From the NCBI GenBank assembly GCA_965214835.1, contig CBDCCK010000002.1, forward strand, positions 992,001-1,056,000: a DNA stretch of 64,000 nt, read 5' to 3'. The position numbers were made by a program, and so were the translations under genes. The first letter of the stretch is position 1, and every line of letters starts with the position of its first letter. Below are positions 1 to 9,908 of the stretch, piece after piece. The stretch comes from Nitrosopumilaceae archaeon (GTDB taxonomy: Archaea > Thermoproteota > Nitrososphaeria > Nitrososphaerales > Nitrosopumilaceae). The notes beneath the pieces were generated by a model. The model was not told the DNA's origin, ran no database searches, and saw only the letters and a list, made by a program, of their open reading frames with translations.

Positions 1-1
1 A

Positions 2-676
2 GTTGTAAAGACATACTATGATGATATCACGGCGTTTGACTATTCTGCAGGTGATGACTCGATTTCATTTGAAATGCCATTTGACTGGTCTCTTTACTAT
101 GGGTATTTTGACCCCTGGTCTCTTAGCTACCACTCTCCGTTTGGGCCGGTCCACCAGGACATCGGGATCCCAAAAGACTTTGGGCCATATGCGGAGCTTC
201 CCCTCAAAGGCTATGTCAATGGCGTAGAGGTCGACGACAGAGTCGTCCTTTTTGATCCGTATTCTCATAATGACACAAACAGAGTCATCTTTTTGGTTAC
301 TGCCAGAGAGCTGGAAAGAATCAGCCGGGTTTTGGACCCGTCAAACAATGACCCTGGAAAAATGATCTTCAGGATCGTACCCCAAAGCAATGTCTGGCAG
401 CCAGACGAGATTGCGATTCCGTCCTGGGTAAAGGTAAACGCGGGCCTGTGGTCAGGCGGCCAGATCGACGATTCGACGTTTGTAGACGGGATCCAATACA
501 TGATCAGGGAGGGAATCATCACGGTCCCAGATGCCGATCTGCAGGCCGAGGCGCAGTCAGAAATCCCGTCATGGATAAGGCTCAACGCACAGCTCTGGTC
601 GGAGGGGCACATTGACGATCAGATCTTTGCAAGAGGCCTGCAGTGGATGGCAGCCAACGGAATAATCACAGTCTAG
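2..676 (+). CDS. 5'-partial conserved thaumarchaeal exported protein with two C-terminal 'IPSW.K.NA..W..G.IDD..F..G.Q' repeats
   Basis: Frame is open from the window edge (VVKTYYDDITAFDY...MPFDW); two copies of the IPSW..NA..WS.G.IDD motif typical of Nitrosopumilaceae surface proteins. Confidence 0.75.
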   Translation, partial: VVKTYYDDITAFDYSAGDDSISFEMPFDWSLYYGYFDPWSLSYHSPFGPVHQDIGIPKDFGPYAELPLKGYVNGVEVDDRVVLFDPYSHNDTNRVIFLVTARELERISRVLDPSNNDPGKMIFRIVPQSNVWQPDEIAIPSWVKVNAGLWSGGQIDDSTFVDGIQYMIREGIITVPDADLQAEAQSEIPSWIRLNAQLWSEGHIDDQIFARGLQWMAANGIITV

Positions 677-858
677 GCACACTTCACGAAGGGCATAAAC
701 GATGCCGGCTGTATTCCATAAGGCGTGTTGTGCGCATCAAGAGGATTGGCTGATCTTGTAACCGGCTAGGCCGCCTTGGTTTTCAGTCATACCCAAACCC
801 CACTACAAATTTTATGCCTTCATTTTGCAGCAACCTGCCTCTTACAATCAGTTACCGG

Positions 859-1176
859 TTATTGCTTTGTTTTGTATCTTATACAGTAAATTGGTCTGGG
901 ATCCATCTCTGATGCAGCAGGCTCCTTTTTTAAAAATTGAAAAATTTCCACTGATTCGATACTTTTTATTTTGAAGAAATGCGTATATGCACTTTTATCA
1001 ACAGTAAGAAAATCACACTCATTCTTTATACAAAAATCAGCACAATTCTCATCAAGGCTTGTCCCCTTGATATCTTTTCCAACCTCATATTTCTCCCCTG
1101 CATAGCCTCTTAGATGCTCTACATATTTTTCCTGATTCAGATATGTTATTTGCTTGTCTAACAAAACATTTCTCAA
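859..1176 (-). CDS. Small PIN-like (DUF5615/Mut7-C-like) protein, AT-rich
   Basis: N-terminal VLLD, central D (SLDE) and FLTVDK match the acidic-residue pattern of PIN-like folds; visibly AT-rich. Confidence 0.5.
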   Translation of the reverse strand: MRNVLLDKQITYLNQEKYVEHLRGYAGEKYEVGKDIKGTSLDENCADFCIKNECDFLTVDKSAYTHFFKIKSIESVEIFQFLKKEPAASEMDPRPIYCIRYKTKQ

Positions 1177-1309
1177 TAATTTTCAATTAATTCAGACCTG
1201 ATAAACGTTTAGTTTTCCATAGTCTGCCGCATAACCCTGATTTTAGACACAAAAGATCAGCCGTTTTTACGCGTTCAGGCACGGCTATGCAACAAGCTGG
1301 TTTTCAACT

Positions 1310-1402
1310 GTACACACTGCGGTTGCATGCGGAGCTGCAGGCACAACCTGATTTGAACTGTTTTGAATTCGGAGCCGTCTTTTGTGGCGCTTTTGGGAAG
1401 GT
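1310..1402. repeat. Partial, degenerate copy of MITE family A
   Basis: CATGCGGAGCTGCAGGC..TTGAA..GCCGTCTTTTGTGG..TTGGGAAG resembles the copies at 20366, 40361 and 46774. Confidence 0.55.
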
Positions 1403-1409
1403 TGATCTC

Positions 1410-1499
1410 GCAAGAGCTTGCCCCCGAGCTATACTGCCGGCCAAGGCCTTGATCACCATGCTCCCCACGCCGTATTTTCTGGAGGGGGTAAACTCTTAC
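1410..1499. mobile_element. IS66-derived MITE (family D), 90 bp
   Basis: Ends GCAAGAGCTTGCCCCC / GGGGGTAAACTCTTAC; flanks TTGATCTC / CTGATCTC (7/8 TSD); ends match the IS66 at 42023-43648. Confidence 0.8.
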
Positions 1500-1547
1500 C
1501 TGATCTCTGGGTTTAACTTAATATTAGGAAATTCGAGACCGATCACA

Positions 1548-2294
1548 ATGGCCTTTGATAAGGGAACCCTGATTCTCGTAGACTATACTGCAATGATAAA
1601 AGACACCGGGGAGGTGTTTGAGACAACCATTGAGGATGACGCAGTAAAACATTCCATCCACGAGTCAAACACAAAGTATTTTCCAAAACTGATCTCAGTC
1701 GGCGAGTCCTGGGTCCTCAAGGGGCTTGATGAGGCGCTTGCCGAAACAAGCGTGGGCGACAGGCGATCAATCGAGGTTACACCTGACAAGGGATTTGGCC
1801 GCAGGGATGCAGGCAAAGTCAGGATGATTCCCCTGCGAAAGCTTGGGGATGACGCCGAAAAGGTCTCGGCAGGCGACATGATTGAACTGGATAACAAAAA
1901 AGGCATTGTCAGGTTTATTGGATCGGGGAGAGTTCAAATTGATTTTAATCACAGGTATGCAGGCAGGACAATCATATATGACGTAAATGTCATAAGATCC
2001 CTTGATACGGACGATGACAAAATCGGGGGCCTCATACAGCGCCATCTGCAGATAGGACATACAAGACTACAGTTTACGAATAACGCAGGCAGCCTGGACA
2101 TCACGATTCCCGACGAGGCATTCCGCAAGGACGGCCTGCAGATAATCAAGCACCTCATCCAGCTTGACATATTCAAGTTCGTCCCGTCCCTGCAAAAAAT
2201 CAACTTTATAGAGACATACGAGAACCAGGCAAGGGTGCTAGATCAACCAAAAGCCGGGGACGAAGGCCCGAACAGTTCTATGCCACCTTCGTAG
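1548..2294 (+). CDS. FKBP-type peptidyl-prolyl cis-trans isomerase (long archaeal SlyD-like)
   Basis: LVDYT..TGEVFETT, GLDEAL, V.P.KGFG.R, IDFNH.YAG motifs; start moved to ATG 1548 because the upstream extension lies in MITEs. Confidence 0.9.
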   Translation: MAFDKGTLILVDYTAMIKDTGEVFETTIEDDAVKHSIHESNTKYFPKLISVGESWVLKGLDEALAETSVGDRRSIEVTPDKGFGRRDAGKVRMIPLRKLGDDAEKVSAGDMIELDNKKGIVRFIGSGRVQIDFNHRYAGRTIIYDVNVIRSLDTDDDKIGGLIQRHLQIGHTRLQFTNNAGSLDITIPDEAFRKDGLQIIKHLIQLDIFKFVPSLQKINFIETYENQARVLDQPKAGDEGPNSSMPPS

Positions 2295-3321
2295 TCTTTG
2301 CAAGATCCGTGGCAGCCTTTTCTGTCATCCTCTTCTCTCTTAGTATTGTGTACCGTTCCGGACGCAGCTGCTGCGCAGTCACCAGTGCCTCTACGACCTG
2401 CTCTCTTGTCAGCCCGATCTCCTCTGCTGATGTCGGGGCCCCGACATTCTTCAGAGTCCTGGCAATTCTCCTCCAGTCCTGCCCATGCAGCCTTGCCATC
2501 ATTATCGTGCCGATTCCACACTTCTCCCCATGAAGGCCCCTTCCGGGCGCGATTTTGTCCAATGCGTGCGAAAAAAGATGCTCCGAGCCAGAACACGGCC
2601 TGCTGCTGCCTGCAATGCAGGAGGCTACCCCCGCACTGATCAGGGCCTCGACGACGATTCTGGAATCAACGCCTTTTTTTGCAAACGTGCCAGAGTTCTC
2701 CAAAATCATGTCCGCACTCATCAGTGCCAGGCTTGCAGAATAGCGCCCATAGTATTCCCCCGTCCTCCTGTGGCCCATCTCCCAGTCCTTTACAGCCGTA
2801 ATGTTTGCAATCAGATCGCCGCAGCCGCTTGCAAGCAGCCTCTTTGGAGCCCTCCTGATTATGTCAATGTCCACAAAAACCCCGTGCGGGGACGAGGCCA
2901 CAATCGAATGCGGCTTGTCGCCCTTGATGGAGACAAACGGGCTTGAGATCCCGTCATGCGATGCGGCAGTCGGCACGCTCACAAACGGCCTTTTCAGATT
3001 AAATGCGACAATCTTTGCAACGTCCACTGCACGGCCTCCCCCGATTCCGACAACCGTATCGCTTTTGTCCTTTCTTACCTGCCCCTCTACAACCCTGATG
3101 GAATCATTCTCGTTTCTGCCGGCCAGGTGCCAGCTGGGCCTGATTTTGGATTTTTTCAGTGACTCCTCGATTTTTTTCTGGATGATTTTTTTTACATGAA
3201 CCCCCGTAACCAGCGATACCCGCCTTGAGCCGTCTAATTTCTTGAGAAATTCCCCGAAACCGGACACGTTTTTCTCCCCTATGACAATCAGGCGTGGGAG
3301 CTCCATCGTGTGTGATTTCAT
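2278..3321 (-). CDS. egsA: sn-glycerol-1-phosphate dehydrogenase
   Basis: GIGGGRAVDVAK, PTAASHDGISS, SRPCSGSEHLFSHALD, LHGEKCG. Confidence 0.95.
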   Translation of the reverse strand: MKSHTMELPRLIVIGEKNVSGFGEFLKKLDGSRRVSLVTGVHVKKIIQKKIEESLKKSKIRPSWHLAGRNENDSIRVVEGQVRKDKSDTVVGIGGGRAVDVAKIVAFNLKRPFVSVPTAASHDGISSPFVSIKGDKPHSIVASSPHGVFVDIDIIRRAPKRLLASGCGDLIANITAVKDWEMGHRRTGEYYGRYSASLALMSADMILENSGTFAKKGVDSRIVVEALISAGVASCIAGSSRPCSGSEHLFSHALDKIAPGRGLHGEKCGIGTIMMARLHGQDWRRIARTLKNVGAPTSAEEIGLTREQVVEALVTAQQLRPERYTILREKRMTEKAATDLAKTTKVA

Positions 3322-3361
3322 GCGTTCATGATTTTTTGTCGCTATTTATCGTTTCAGAGGC

Positions 3362-3450
3362 GTAAGAGTTTACCCCCCAGGCGGCACTCGATTAGAACCT
3401 TCATGATCACGCCTGCCACGCCGTATCTCAGGAGAGGGACAAACTCTTAC
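3362..3450. mobile_element. IS66-derived MITE (family D), 89 bp
   Basis: TIR GTAAGAGTTTACCCC / GGGACAAACTCTTAC; perfect 8-bp TSD TCAGAGGC at 3354-3361 and 3451-3458. Confidence 0.9.
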
Positions 3451-3516
3451 TCAGAGGCGACAAAAAGTTATTTAAAAGGGTCTTGTACACCTGAATCATC
3501 TTCATAGGTGTAATTT

Positions 3517-4149
3517 TTGTCAAACAACGTACAAGAAAAAATACTTCACGGAACTACCACGGTAGGCATCAGGGCCAGCGACGGCGTTGTCCTGTGTGCA
3601 GACATGAGGGCCAGCGCGGGCTATTTCATTGCAAACAACAATACCATGAAAATCCAGCAGCTGGATCTGCATGCCGGCCTTACCCTTGCCGGCGGCGTCG
3701 CAGATGCCCAAAACATCACCGACATCCTGCGCTACCATGCAAACCTGCACCGCGTTCAAAAGCAAGAGCCGATTCCAATCAAGTCGCTAACCCGGCTTAC
3801 CTCCCTGATCTTCCACCAGAACAGGGGCTATCCGTTCATTGCCGATATTCTGGTTGGAGGCCATGATCTCGGCGGACCAGCACTGTTCAACATTGACATG
3901 TTTGGCTCCGTTGAGGAAAAGGCATACGTTACGACAGGCAGCGGCTCCCCCGTCGCATACGGAGTTCTTGAGGACGAATACAGGGAGGATCTCGCCGTTG
4001 AAGACGCCAAAAAAATTGCCCTCAGGGCAGTAAAGGCGGCAATTGTTAGGAACATCGGCACCGGCGATGGGATCAACGTCGCAACAATTGACAAGGATGG
4101 ATTCCGTCTTTTGACCGACGAGCAGAAAAAGGCGATAATAGAACTATAG
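3517..4149 (+). CDS. psmB: Proteasome beta subunit
   Basis: Propeptide then HG|TTTVGI, ADMRAS.G, GSGS. Confidence 0.95.
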   Translation: MSNNVQEKILHGTTTVGIRASDGVVLCADMRASAGYFIANNNTMKIQQLDLHAGLTLAGGVADAQNITDILRYHANLHRVQKQEPIPIKSLTRLTSLIFHQNRGYPFIADILVGGHDLGGPALFNIDMFGSVEEKAYVTTGSGSPVAYGVLEDEYREDLAVEDAKKIALRAVKAAIVRNIGTGDGINVATIDKDGFRLLTDEQKKAIIEL

Positions 4150-4153
4150 TGAT

Positions 4154-6094
4154 TTGATGCAAAAAAAACACCGTGAAAAGGAACTGCCTTCAGCCCAAAA
4201 CATAATGGCGACCATACTGCAAAGTATACCCAAGGAGGCCAGCGTAACGAAAATAGAATACGAGGGCCCCAGAATCGCACTCTATACGAACTCCCCGAGA
4301 TTTCTGATGGAGCACAACGGCGTAATCTCAAACCTGGTCAACGTGATCAAAAAGAGAATCGTAGTGCGGACGGACGAGGCGATAAGAAAGCCCGAGGAGG
4401 ATGCGCGGAAAATCATCGACAAGGAGGTTCCACCCGATGCCGGCCTGCAGGCCACGTTCTTTGATACTGCCACGGGGGAGGTCTCAATCGAGGCCAAGCG
4501 CCCCTGGCTGCTCCAGAGAAACGCAAGGGAGTTCAGCCACGTCGATGTTACAGAAAAGACCGGCTGGCGCCTGAGAATCAGAAAGGCGACGACCATCCCC
4601 TCTAGCACCATCCAGGCCATCAACTACAACCTGAAGGTCTCGTCTGCCGAGCGCGGCAAGCAGCTGCGCCAGATCGGCGATGAAATCTTCAGGCCCCGGC
4701 TCGCACATCGATCCGAGGTGTCTCTTCTGACGCTGGGCGGATTCGGGCAGGTGGGACGCTCCTGCATGCTGCTCTCCACGCCCGAAAGCAAGATCCTGAT
4801 TGACTGCGGCGTCAACCCGGGCGCACACCATGCAATGGACGCGTTTCCTAGGCTGGACTGGGCAAACATCACGCTAGATGACCTGGATGCCGTGGTTATA
4901 GGACACGCCCACCTGGATCACACCGGATTTCTTCCCACCCTGTGCAAGTACGGCTACAAGGGGCCGATCTACTGCACGGAGCCCACGCTTCCGATGATGA
5001 ATCTAATCCAGCTGGATGCCATCAAGGTCGCCACCGCACAGGGCAGGATTCCGCTATACTCCGAGCGCGACGTCAAGCAGATCATGAGGCAGGCAATCAC
5101 CCTGCCCTACGGGACCGTGACTGACATATCCCCGGACATCAAGCTGGTTCTGGCAAATGCCGGACACATACTCGGCTCGGCCCTGTGCCACTTTCACATT
5201 GGGAACGGCGATCACAACTTTGTCTATTCGGGGGACCTCAAGTTTGGGCGGAGCATTCTGTTTGAGGCTGCCAACTGGAACTTTCCAAGGGTAGAGACCC
5301 TGCTGATTGAGAGCACGTACGGTTCAAAGGAGGACATTCAGCCGACAAGGCAGGAGGTCGAGTCTGCCTTCATCAACGCGATCAATAACACGCTTGCCGA
5401 CGGGGGAAAGGTGCTCATCCCCATTCCCGCCGTGGGCCGCGCGCAGGAGATCATGATGGTGATTGATCACTATATGAAATCGGGGGAGATGGTGGAGGCC
5501 CCCGTATTCACCGAGGGAATGATCGCCGAGGCCTCTGCAATTCATGAGGCCTACCCCGAATACCTCGAGCGGGAGCTGAGAAAGAAGATCCTTGAGACCG
5601 ACGACAACCCGTTTGACTCTGAGTACTTTACAAATGTCGAGCATGCAGATGCGCGGGAAGAGCCGCTGCGCGAGGACTCCCCGTGCATAATACTGGCGAC
5701 CTCCGGCATGCTTGAGGGAGGCCCCGTCTTGGAATACTTTAAGAATATAGCACCTGACAAAAGGAACAAGATCCTGTTTGTATCCTACCAGGTAAACGGC
5801 ACCATGGGAAGGCGCGTACTGGACGGCGCGCGCCAGGTCTCGATGCTGGGAAGGGGGGGCAAGGTAGAGGCTGTGACGATCAGCTGCGGCGTGGAAAAGC
5901 TCGACGGATTCAGCGGCCACAGCGACTATAACCAGCTAATGTCGTTTGTACAAAGGCTGCGGCCCAAGCTTCGCCGCGTCCTTGTAAACCACGGCGAGAG
6001 AAGAAAGTCCGAAAACCTTGCAATGAACATACGCAGGATGTACAGGCTTCCTGCACACTATCCGCAGATTCAGGAGGCCATAAAGCTATTTTAG
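4154..6094 (+). CDS. fttA: Beta-CASP ribonuclease aCPSF1 (FttA) with N-terminal KH domains
   Basis: EYEGP, LGGFGQVGRSC, HAHLDH, AGHILGSA, GFSGHSD; next to psmB as in many archaea. Confidence 0.95.
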   Translation: MMQKKHREKELPSAQNIMATILQSIPKEASVTKIEYEGPRIALYTNSPRFLMEHNGVISNLVNVIKKRIVVRTDEAIRKPEEDARKIIDKEVPPDAGLQATFFDTATGEVSIEAKRPWLLQRNAREFSHVDVTEKTGWRLRIRKATTIPSSTIQAINYNLKVSSAERGKQLRQIGDEIFRPRLAHRSEVSLLTLGGFGQVGRSCMLLSTPESKILIDCGVNPGAHHAMDAFPRLDWANITLDDLDAVVIGHAHLDHTGFLPTLCKYGYKGPIYCTEPTLPMMNLIQLDAIKVATAQGRIPLYSERDVKQIMRQAITLPYGTVTDISPDIKLVLANAGHILGSALCHFHIGNGDHNFVYSGDLKFGRSILFEAANWNFPRVETLLIESTYGSKEDIQPTRQEVESAFINAINNTLADGGKVLIPIPAVGRAQEIMMVIDHYMKSGEMVEAPVFTEGMIAEASAIHEAYPEYLERELRKKILETDDNPFDSEYFTNVEHADAREEPLREDSPCIILATSGMLEGGPVLEYFKNIAPDKRNKILFVSYQVNGTMGRRVLDGARQVSMLGRGGKVEAVTISCGVEKLDGFSGHSDYNQLMSFVQRLRPKLRRVLVNHGERRKSENLAMNIRRMYRLPAHYPQIQEAIKLF

Positions 6095-6364
6095 CTCGTA
6101 ATCGGGCTTCCAGATTTTTACGACGGACGGGGTCACGATAATCCTCTCCTCGCCCAGCCTTGCAATCTCCGAGTCGTTGATTTTTACAACAGAGTACAGC
6201 TCCTCGACCAGCTTTCTCAGCTGATCCACGTCCTTTTGTGCAAGCGGCGTAACGCGCAGGATCAGGATCATTCCCTTTTTGATGTCCTCCGTGATTGAGT
6301 GAATGTCGCTAGAGTCCCTGATGGTTATGGCCTTTAGATACGTGGGATTTTCCTGCTTTTGCAT
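6086..6364 (-). CDS. sepF: Archaeal SepF cell-division protein
   Basis: Short protein ending EIARLGEERIIVTPSVVKIW; follows aCPSF1. Confidence 0.8.
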   Translation of the reverse strand: MQKQENPTYLKAITIRDSSDIHSITEDIKKGMILILRVTPLAQKDVDQLRKLVEELYSVVKINDSEIARLGEERIIVTPSVVKIWKPDYELK

Positions 6365-6425
6365 TAATTCTGGATTGATCTACTCCCTCAAAAACTCTTC
6401 TTTGATTTCGTGCGTAGGTTTTCCG

Positions 6426-7463
6426 CTAGTAAATTCTCATCGACAGGTATTCTGCTTCTTGGGCAGGCCTTGCAGGAATCTCGGATCTTTCTCCGCCCCT
6501 GTCGATGACGACTGCCGCCTCCTGGCCGTCTGGGGCGTCCGAGTATCTCAGCGTGATGGCAGCTGCAAGCTCCAGACTCCCATCGGCGACCCTGCCCCTG
6601 ATGATTGCAGTCGGACCCATGTGATCCCTTGCCTCCAGCAGGACGTCTTCCGGCAGCGCAAGGGAACGTATTACCATGTTCTCGTCTCGATCCCTGCCTA
6701 CGACCAGCTTTGACGACTCGTCAAACCTGAACTGCCTTCCCACCTTTAGCAGATCAATGTCATTAATCGTCGGGGTCTTGACGTGTTCAAAAAGATCCCT
6801 GGCCCTCAGTCCGAACGACGGATCGGTCAGCAGGCATCCCCCACCGGCATTTGGGGGATCCTCTATTCCATACTCTCTTGCCATCTCAAGCTGGGCCCTT
6901 CTCGTACGCCCCCTGATCATGCCGAGATCCTCCCTTTTGATCAGCCCCTCCTTTTCGGCATCGGTCGGGGGCAGCAGGCCGCCTGAGAGCGGCCTTAGGA
7001 TCTTTCCCTTCAGATCCGATTCTATCTCTATCGTGTGCAGTGCCTGGCCGTGCTGGCTCATCGGCCTCTGGCCCAGGACCTCCCCCGAGATGATAAACTC
7101 TGCGCCGATCTCCTCCATGTGCTTTTTTGCCGCATCAAACATCATGGATCTGCAGTCCACGCAGGGGTTGAACCCGGCACCCCTGCCATACTTTGGGTTC
7201 TTTAGCATCTCAATATACTCGTCACCAAGATAGACCGTCTTGAGATCGACGCCAAGATCATCTGCCCTCTGGCGTATCTCAAAGCCGCACCCCCTTCCGC
7301 AATCAAAATCACAAAACGGGGTCTTGATGGCCACCGCAGAGACCTCAAATCCCTGCTCCTGCATCATGCGCACCGCCAGCTGGCTGTCTAGCCCCCCAGA
7401 CAGCAGCGCGACTATCCTCCTTTTTTCCCGGTTTCCGGCCACGTCCATACGCGGACGCGTCAA
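6426..7463 (-). CDS. PP-loop tRNA sulfurtransferase-like protein (ThiI/MnmA-like) with C-terminal DUF814/NFACT-R-like domain
   Basis: LLSGGLDS PP-loop, NPCVDC, SGEVLGQRPMSQ, AGGGCLLTDP, VVGRD..EN. Confidence 0.8.
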   Translation of the reverse strand: MTRPRMDVAGNREKRRIVALLSGGLDSQLAVRMMQEQGFEVSAVAIKTPFCDFDCGRGCGFEIRQRADDLGVDLKTVYLGDEYIEMLKNPKYGRGAGFNPCVDCRSMMFDAAKKHMEEIGAEFIISGEVLGQRPMSQHGQALHTIEIESDLKGKILRPLSGGLLPPTDAEKEGLIKREDLGMIRGRTRRAQLEMAREYGIEDPPNAGGGCLLTDPSFGLRARDLFEHVKTPTINDIDLLKVGRQFRFDESSKLVVGRDRDENMVIRSLALPEDVLLEARDHMGPTAIIRGRVADGSLELAAAITLRYSDAPDGQEAAVVIDRGGERSEIPARPAQEAEYLSMRIY

Positions 7464-7512
7464 TATACATACCTTGCATCATACATAAATCCAGAAGAGT
7501 CCTGGAACGTGT

Positions 7513-8577
7513 GTGAAGCAGCGAAGAAGAAACCTCCTGAGACTCGCCCAAAAAATCGGCTGCGACGCGCTGGTGGCATTCGAGCCGGAGAACCTCTTCT
7601 ATATGACGGGATTTTGGGGCGAGGCCGTCGGCGTCCTGGAAAAGGGCGGCAGAACCACCATCATTGCCCCCGAATTGGAGGCGTGCAGGGCCAGGGACGA
7701 GTCCCGGGACTGCGATGTCGTCGCCTCCGAGCGTGGAGCGGGGCTGGTTTCCTCCGTTATATCGGGGATCAAGGGCAAAAAGGCGTGTACCGACTGCCAA
7801 AGCCACCGGATCCTCACATCGCTGAGGAGATCAGTGCCGGGGATCAGGGCAGAGACGGAGCCGTTTTACGGCGCCAGGGCCATCAAGGACGATCAGGAGA
7901 TCAGGATTCTAAAAAGGGCCTCCAAAATCATCGATGAGATCTTTGAGCTGTGCCAGGGGAGGATAAGGGCAGGCCAAAAAGAGTCGGAACTGCAGTCCAT
8001 CATGATGTCATATGCAGTCAAGCGGCAGATGTTTGACACCGGATACCGCTCAACGCTGAACCCCCTGATTGTAGCCGGGGGGCCCAACGGCGCGCTGCCG
8101 CACGCGCAGGTCACGGACAGGAAGTTCAGGAGGGGCGAGCTTGTTGTAATCGATCTGACGCTTCGCTACAAGGGATACGTCTCTGACTCGACGAGGACCT
8201 TTGCAGTGGGAAAGATTCCAGAACAGGCCCGGGACGTCTATGAGATCGTAAAAGAATCACAGAGGCTCGGGCTAAGGTCTGTAAGGCCGAGTGTCGACTG
8301 CAGGGCAGTCGACTGGGCCTGCAGGGGGTATATTGACGAGCAGAACTATGGCAGGTACTTTATCCATTCTGCAGGACACGGCATTGGCCTTGAGGTCCAC
8401 GAGCCGCCTGCCGTTTCCTGCCGCAGCCAGGCCAAGCTGAAGGAAAACATGGCCATTACCGTAGAGCCCGGAATATACATCCCGGGCAAGTTTGGGGTCC
8501 GCATCGAGGACTCGCTTATCGTAAGGGACAGGCCCGTTGTCATGCACAGGTTTACAAAGGAACTGGTCACCGTCTAG
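7513..8577 (+). CDS. Xaa-Pro aminopeptidase/prolidase (M24)
   Basis: PHA, D..YKGYVSDSTRT, HSAGHGIGLEVHE, TVEPGIY, GVRIED. Confidence 0.92.
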   Translation: MKQRRRNLLRLAQKIGCDALVAFEPENLFYMTGFWGEAVGVLEKGGRTTIIAPELEACRARDESRDCDVVASERGAGLVSSVISGIKGKKACTDCQSHRILTSLRRSVPGIRAETEPFYGARAIKDDQEIRILKRASKIIDEIFELCQGRIRAGQKESELQSIMMSYAVKRQMFDTGYRSTLNPLIVAGGPNGALPHAQVTDRKFRRGELVVIDLTLRYKGYVSDSTRTFAVGKIPEQARDVYEIVKESQRLGLRSVRPSVDCRAVDWACRGYIDEQNYGRYFIHSAGHGIGLEVHEPPAVSCRSQAKLKENMAITVEPGIYIPGKFGVRIEDSLIVRDRPVVMHRFTKELVTV

Positions 8578-9059
8578 TCGTAAAAGTCCACTAGGTCTAC
8601 AATGCCTTCTGACTCTGGGTCTGCGCCCGTTATCTTCCCGGACTCGGCGCTTACGTTCCACGTATAGTCTATGCTGCCCTTGCTTGACTCAAACGTAAAC
8701 GCAAGCTCGGCCGTACCCGCACCAATCTCGGAAACTGAGACCAGAACCCTTGCCGATTTGTCGTCCAGTATCCTGTCATCGGAGAACCTTTCCTTGATCT
8801 TCTCCTCTACTGCCTCCAGAACCGTCAGTCCCTCGTTGTTTGGGCCGCTGTACGACATGACCAGATCCAGCAGTGCCCCGTCCCTGCCGGACAGATCTTC
8901 TGGAAGCAACCCCTCAAGGCTGTTGCTGGTCAGCTGGGGCACGGCAAAAATCAGAAACAGGCCCGTTATTCCCAGGTAGATCGGAGCCCTCTTTTTGAGA
9001 AATGCTGCAAAGCTGTTCGGCTTGGGCCTTTCCTCCCGCTTCCTGTCCTTTCTGGCCAT
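8574..9059 (-). CDS. Hypothetical membrane-anchored protein
   Basis: Basic N-terminus plus one hydrophobic segment; co-oriented with the upstream cluster. Confidence 0.7.
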   Translation of the reverse strand: MARKDRKREERPKPNSFAAFLKKRAPIYLGITGLFLIFAVPQLTSNSLEGLLPEDLSGRDGALLDLVMSYSGPNNEGLTVLEAVEEKIKERFSDDRILDDKSARVLVSVSEIGAGTAELAFTFESSKGSIDYTWNVSAESGKITGADPESEGIVDLVDFYD

Positions 9060-9066
9060 CTGTACC

Positions 9067-9906
9067 CTATAATCCTGGCTTTGCAGTCGAAATTAAAACT
9101 TGCCAGGGAAACACGATCCGTCCGTTCCTACCGGTGTACGGTACGGTCTTTTCCCTGACCTGGCGCCTGATCTCCAGCTGATCCCGCCTTGAGAGCCCGC
9201 CCAGCTTCTCCCTTGCCTGCCTTGGGAGGTATCTTCTGTATTTCCTCCAGTAGTCATCAAACGTCCCGGGGCTGAACGAAAAGTCAAACTCCCTTACCGA
9301 CACCCCTCTAAACCCCGCCCTTGCAACCTCCCTTTTTAGCTCGGGGGCCGTTCCAAACCTGTCCAGCCTTGTAGAGCCGGTAGGCAGATAGTCCGGTATG
9401 TACCTGGTGATTACATCTATTATGCTTGAGTAATAGGGCGTGTTATTCCCGTGTACTGAGATCCCCAGGACTCCGTCTTTTTTCAGGCTTTTGGCCATGT
9501 TTTTGAGCGCCCTCTGCGAATTTGGAAAAAAGAACAGCGCATACTGGCAGGTTATGACGTCAAACCTTTCCTTGAAGCTGAACCTTTCGGCATCGCCGTT
9601 TACAAAGTCCACATTCCTTTTTCGGCGGCTCAGTCTTTTTGCAATCCTTATGGCTGCAGTCGAGGCATCGATTCCCACGACCAGCCCGCCGTCTCCCACC
9701 CTGTCGCCTATCTTCCCTGTAACCACGCCGGTCCCGCATGCGACATCGAGCACCATGTCGTCTTTTTTGATTCCTGACAGCTGGACAAGCTTGTCTGAGC
9801 TCCTCCAGGGCCCGGTGCTGGTGCCTGCCCACCTGCGGTGATACCTAGGGGCGATCTCATTCCAGGTTCTGATGTTCTGTCTTTTGTACTCGGTATGTCC
9901 TGGCAT
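9067..9906 (-). CDS. Class I SAM-dependent methyltransferase (UbiE-like)
   Basis: VLDVACGTG, VVGID, GDAE, FDVI; start MPGHTEY lies just after the coaBC stop. Confidence 0.88.
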   Translation of the reverse strand: MPGHTEYKRQNIRTWNEIAPRYHRRWAGTSTGPWRSSDKLVQLSGIKKDDMVLDVACGTGVVTGKIGDRVGDGGLVVGIDASTAAIRIAKRLSRRKRNVDFVNGDAERFSFKERFDVITCQYALFFFPNSQRALKNMAKSLKKDGVLGISVHGNNTPYYSSIIDVITRYIPDYLPTGSTRLDRFGTAPELKREVARAGFRGVSVREFDFSFSPGTFDDYWRKYRRYLPRQAREKLGGLSRRDQLEIRRQVREKTVPYTGRNGRIVFPWQVLISTAKPGL

Positions 9907-9908
9907 GA

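Noticed and set aside
1287-1547. N-terminal extension of the PPIase in the ORF track
   Set aside because: It runs through two MITEs; family similarity starts at ATG 1548.
6086-6364. Co-occurrence of SepF and ESCRT-III as a novelty
   Set aside because: Thaumarchaea are already known to encode both FtsZ-related and Cdv components.
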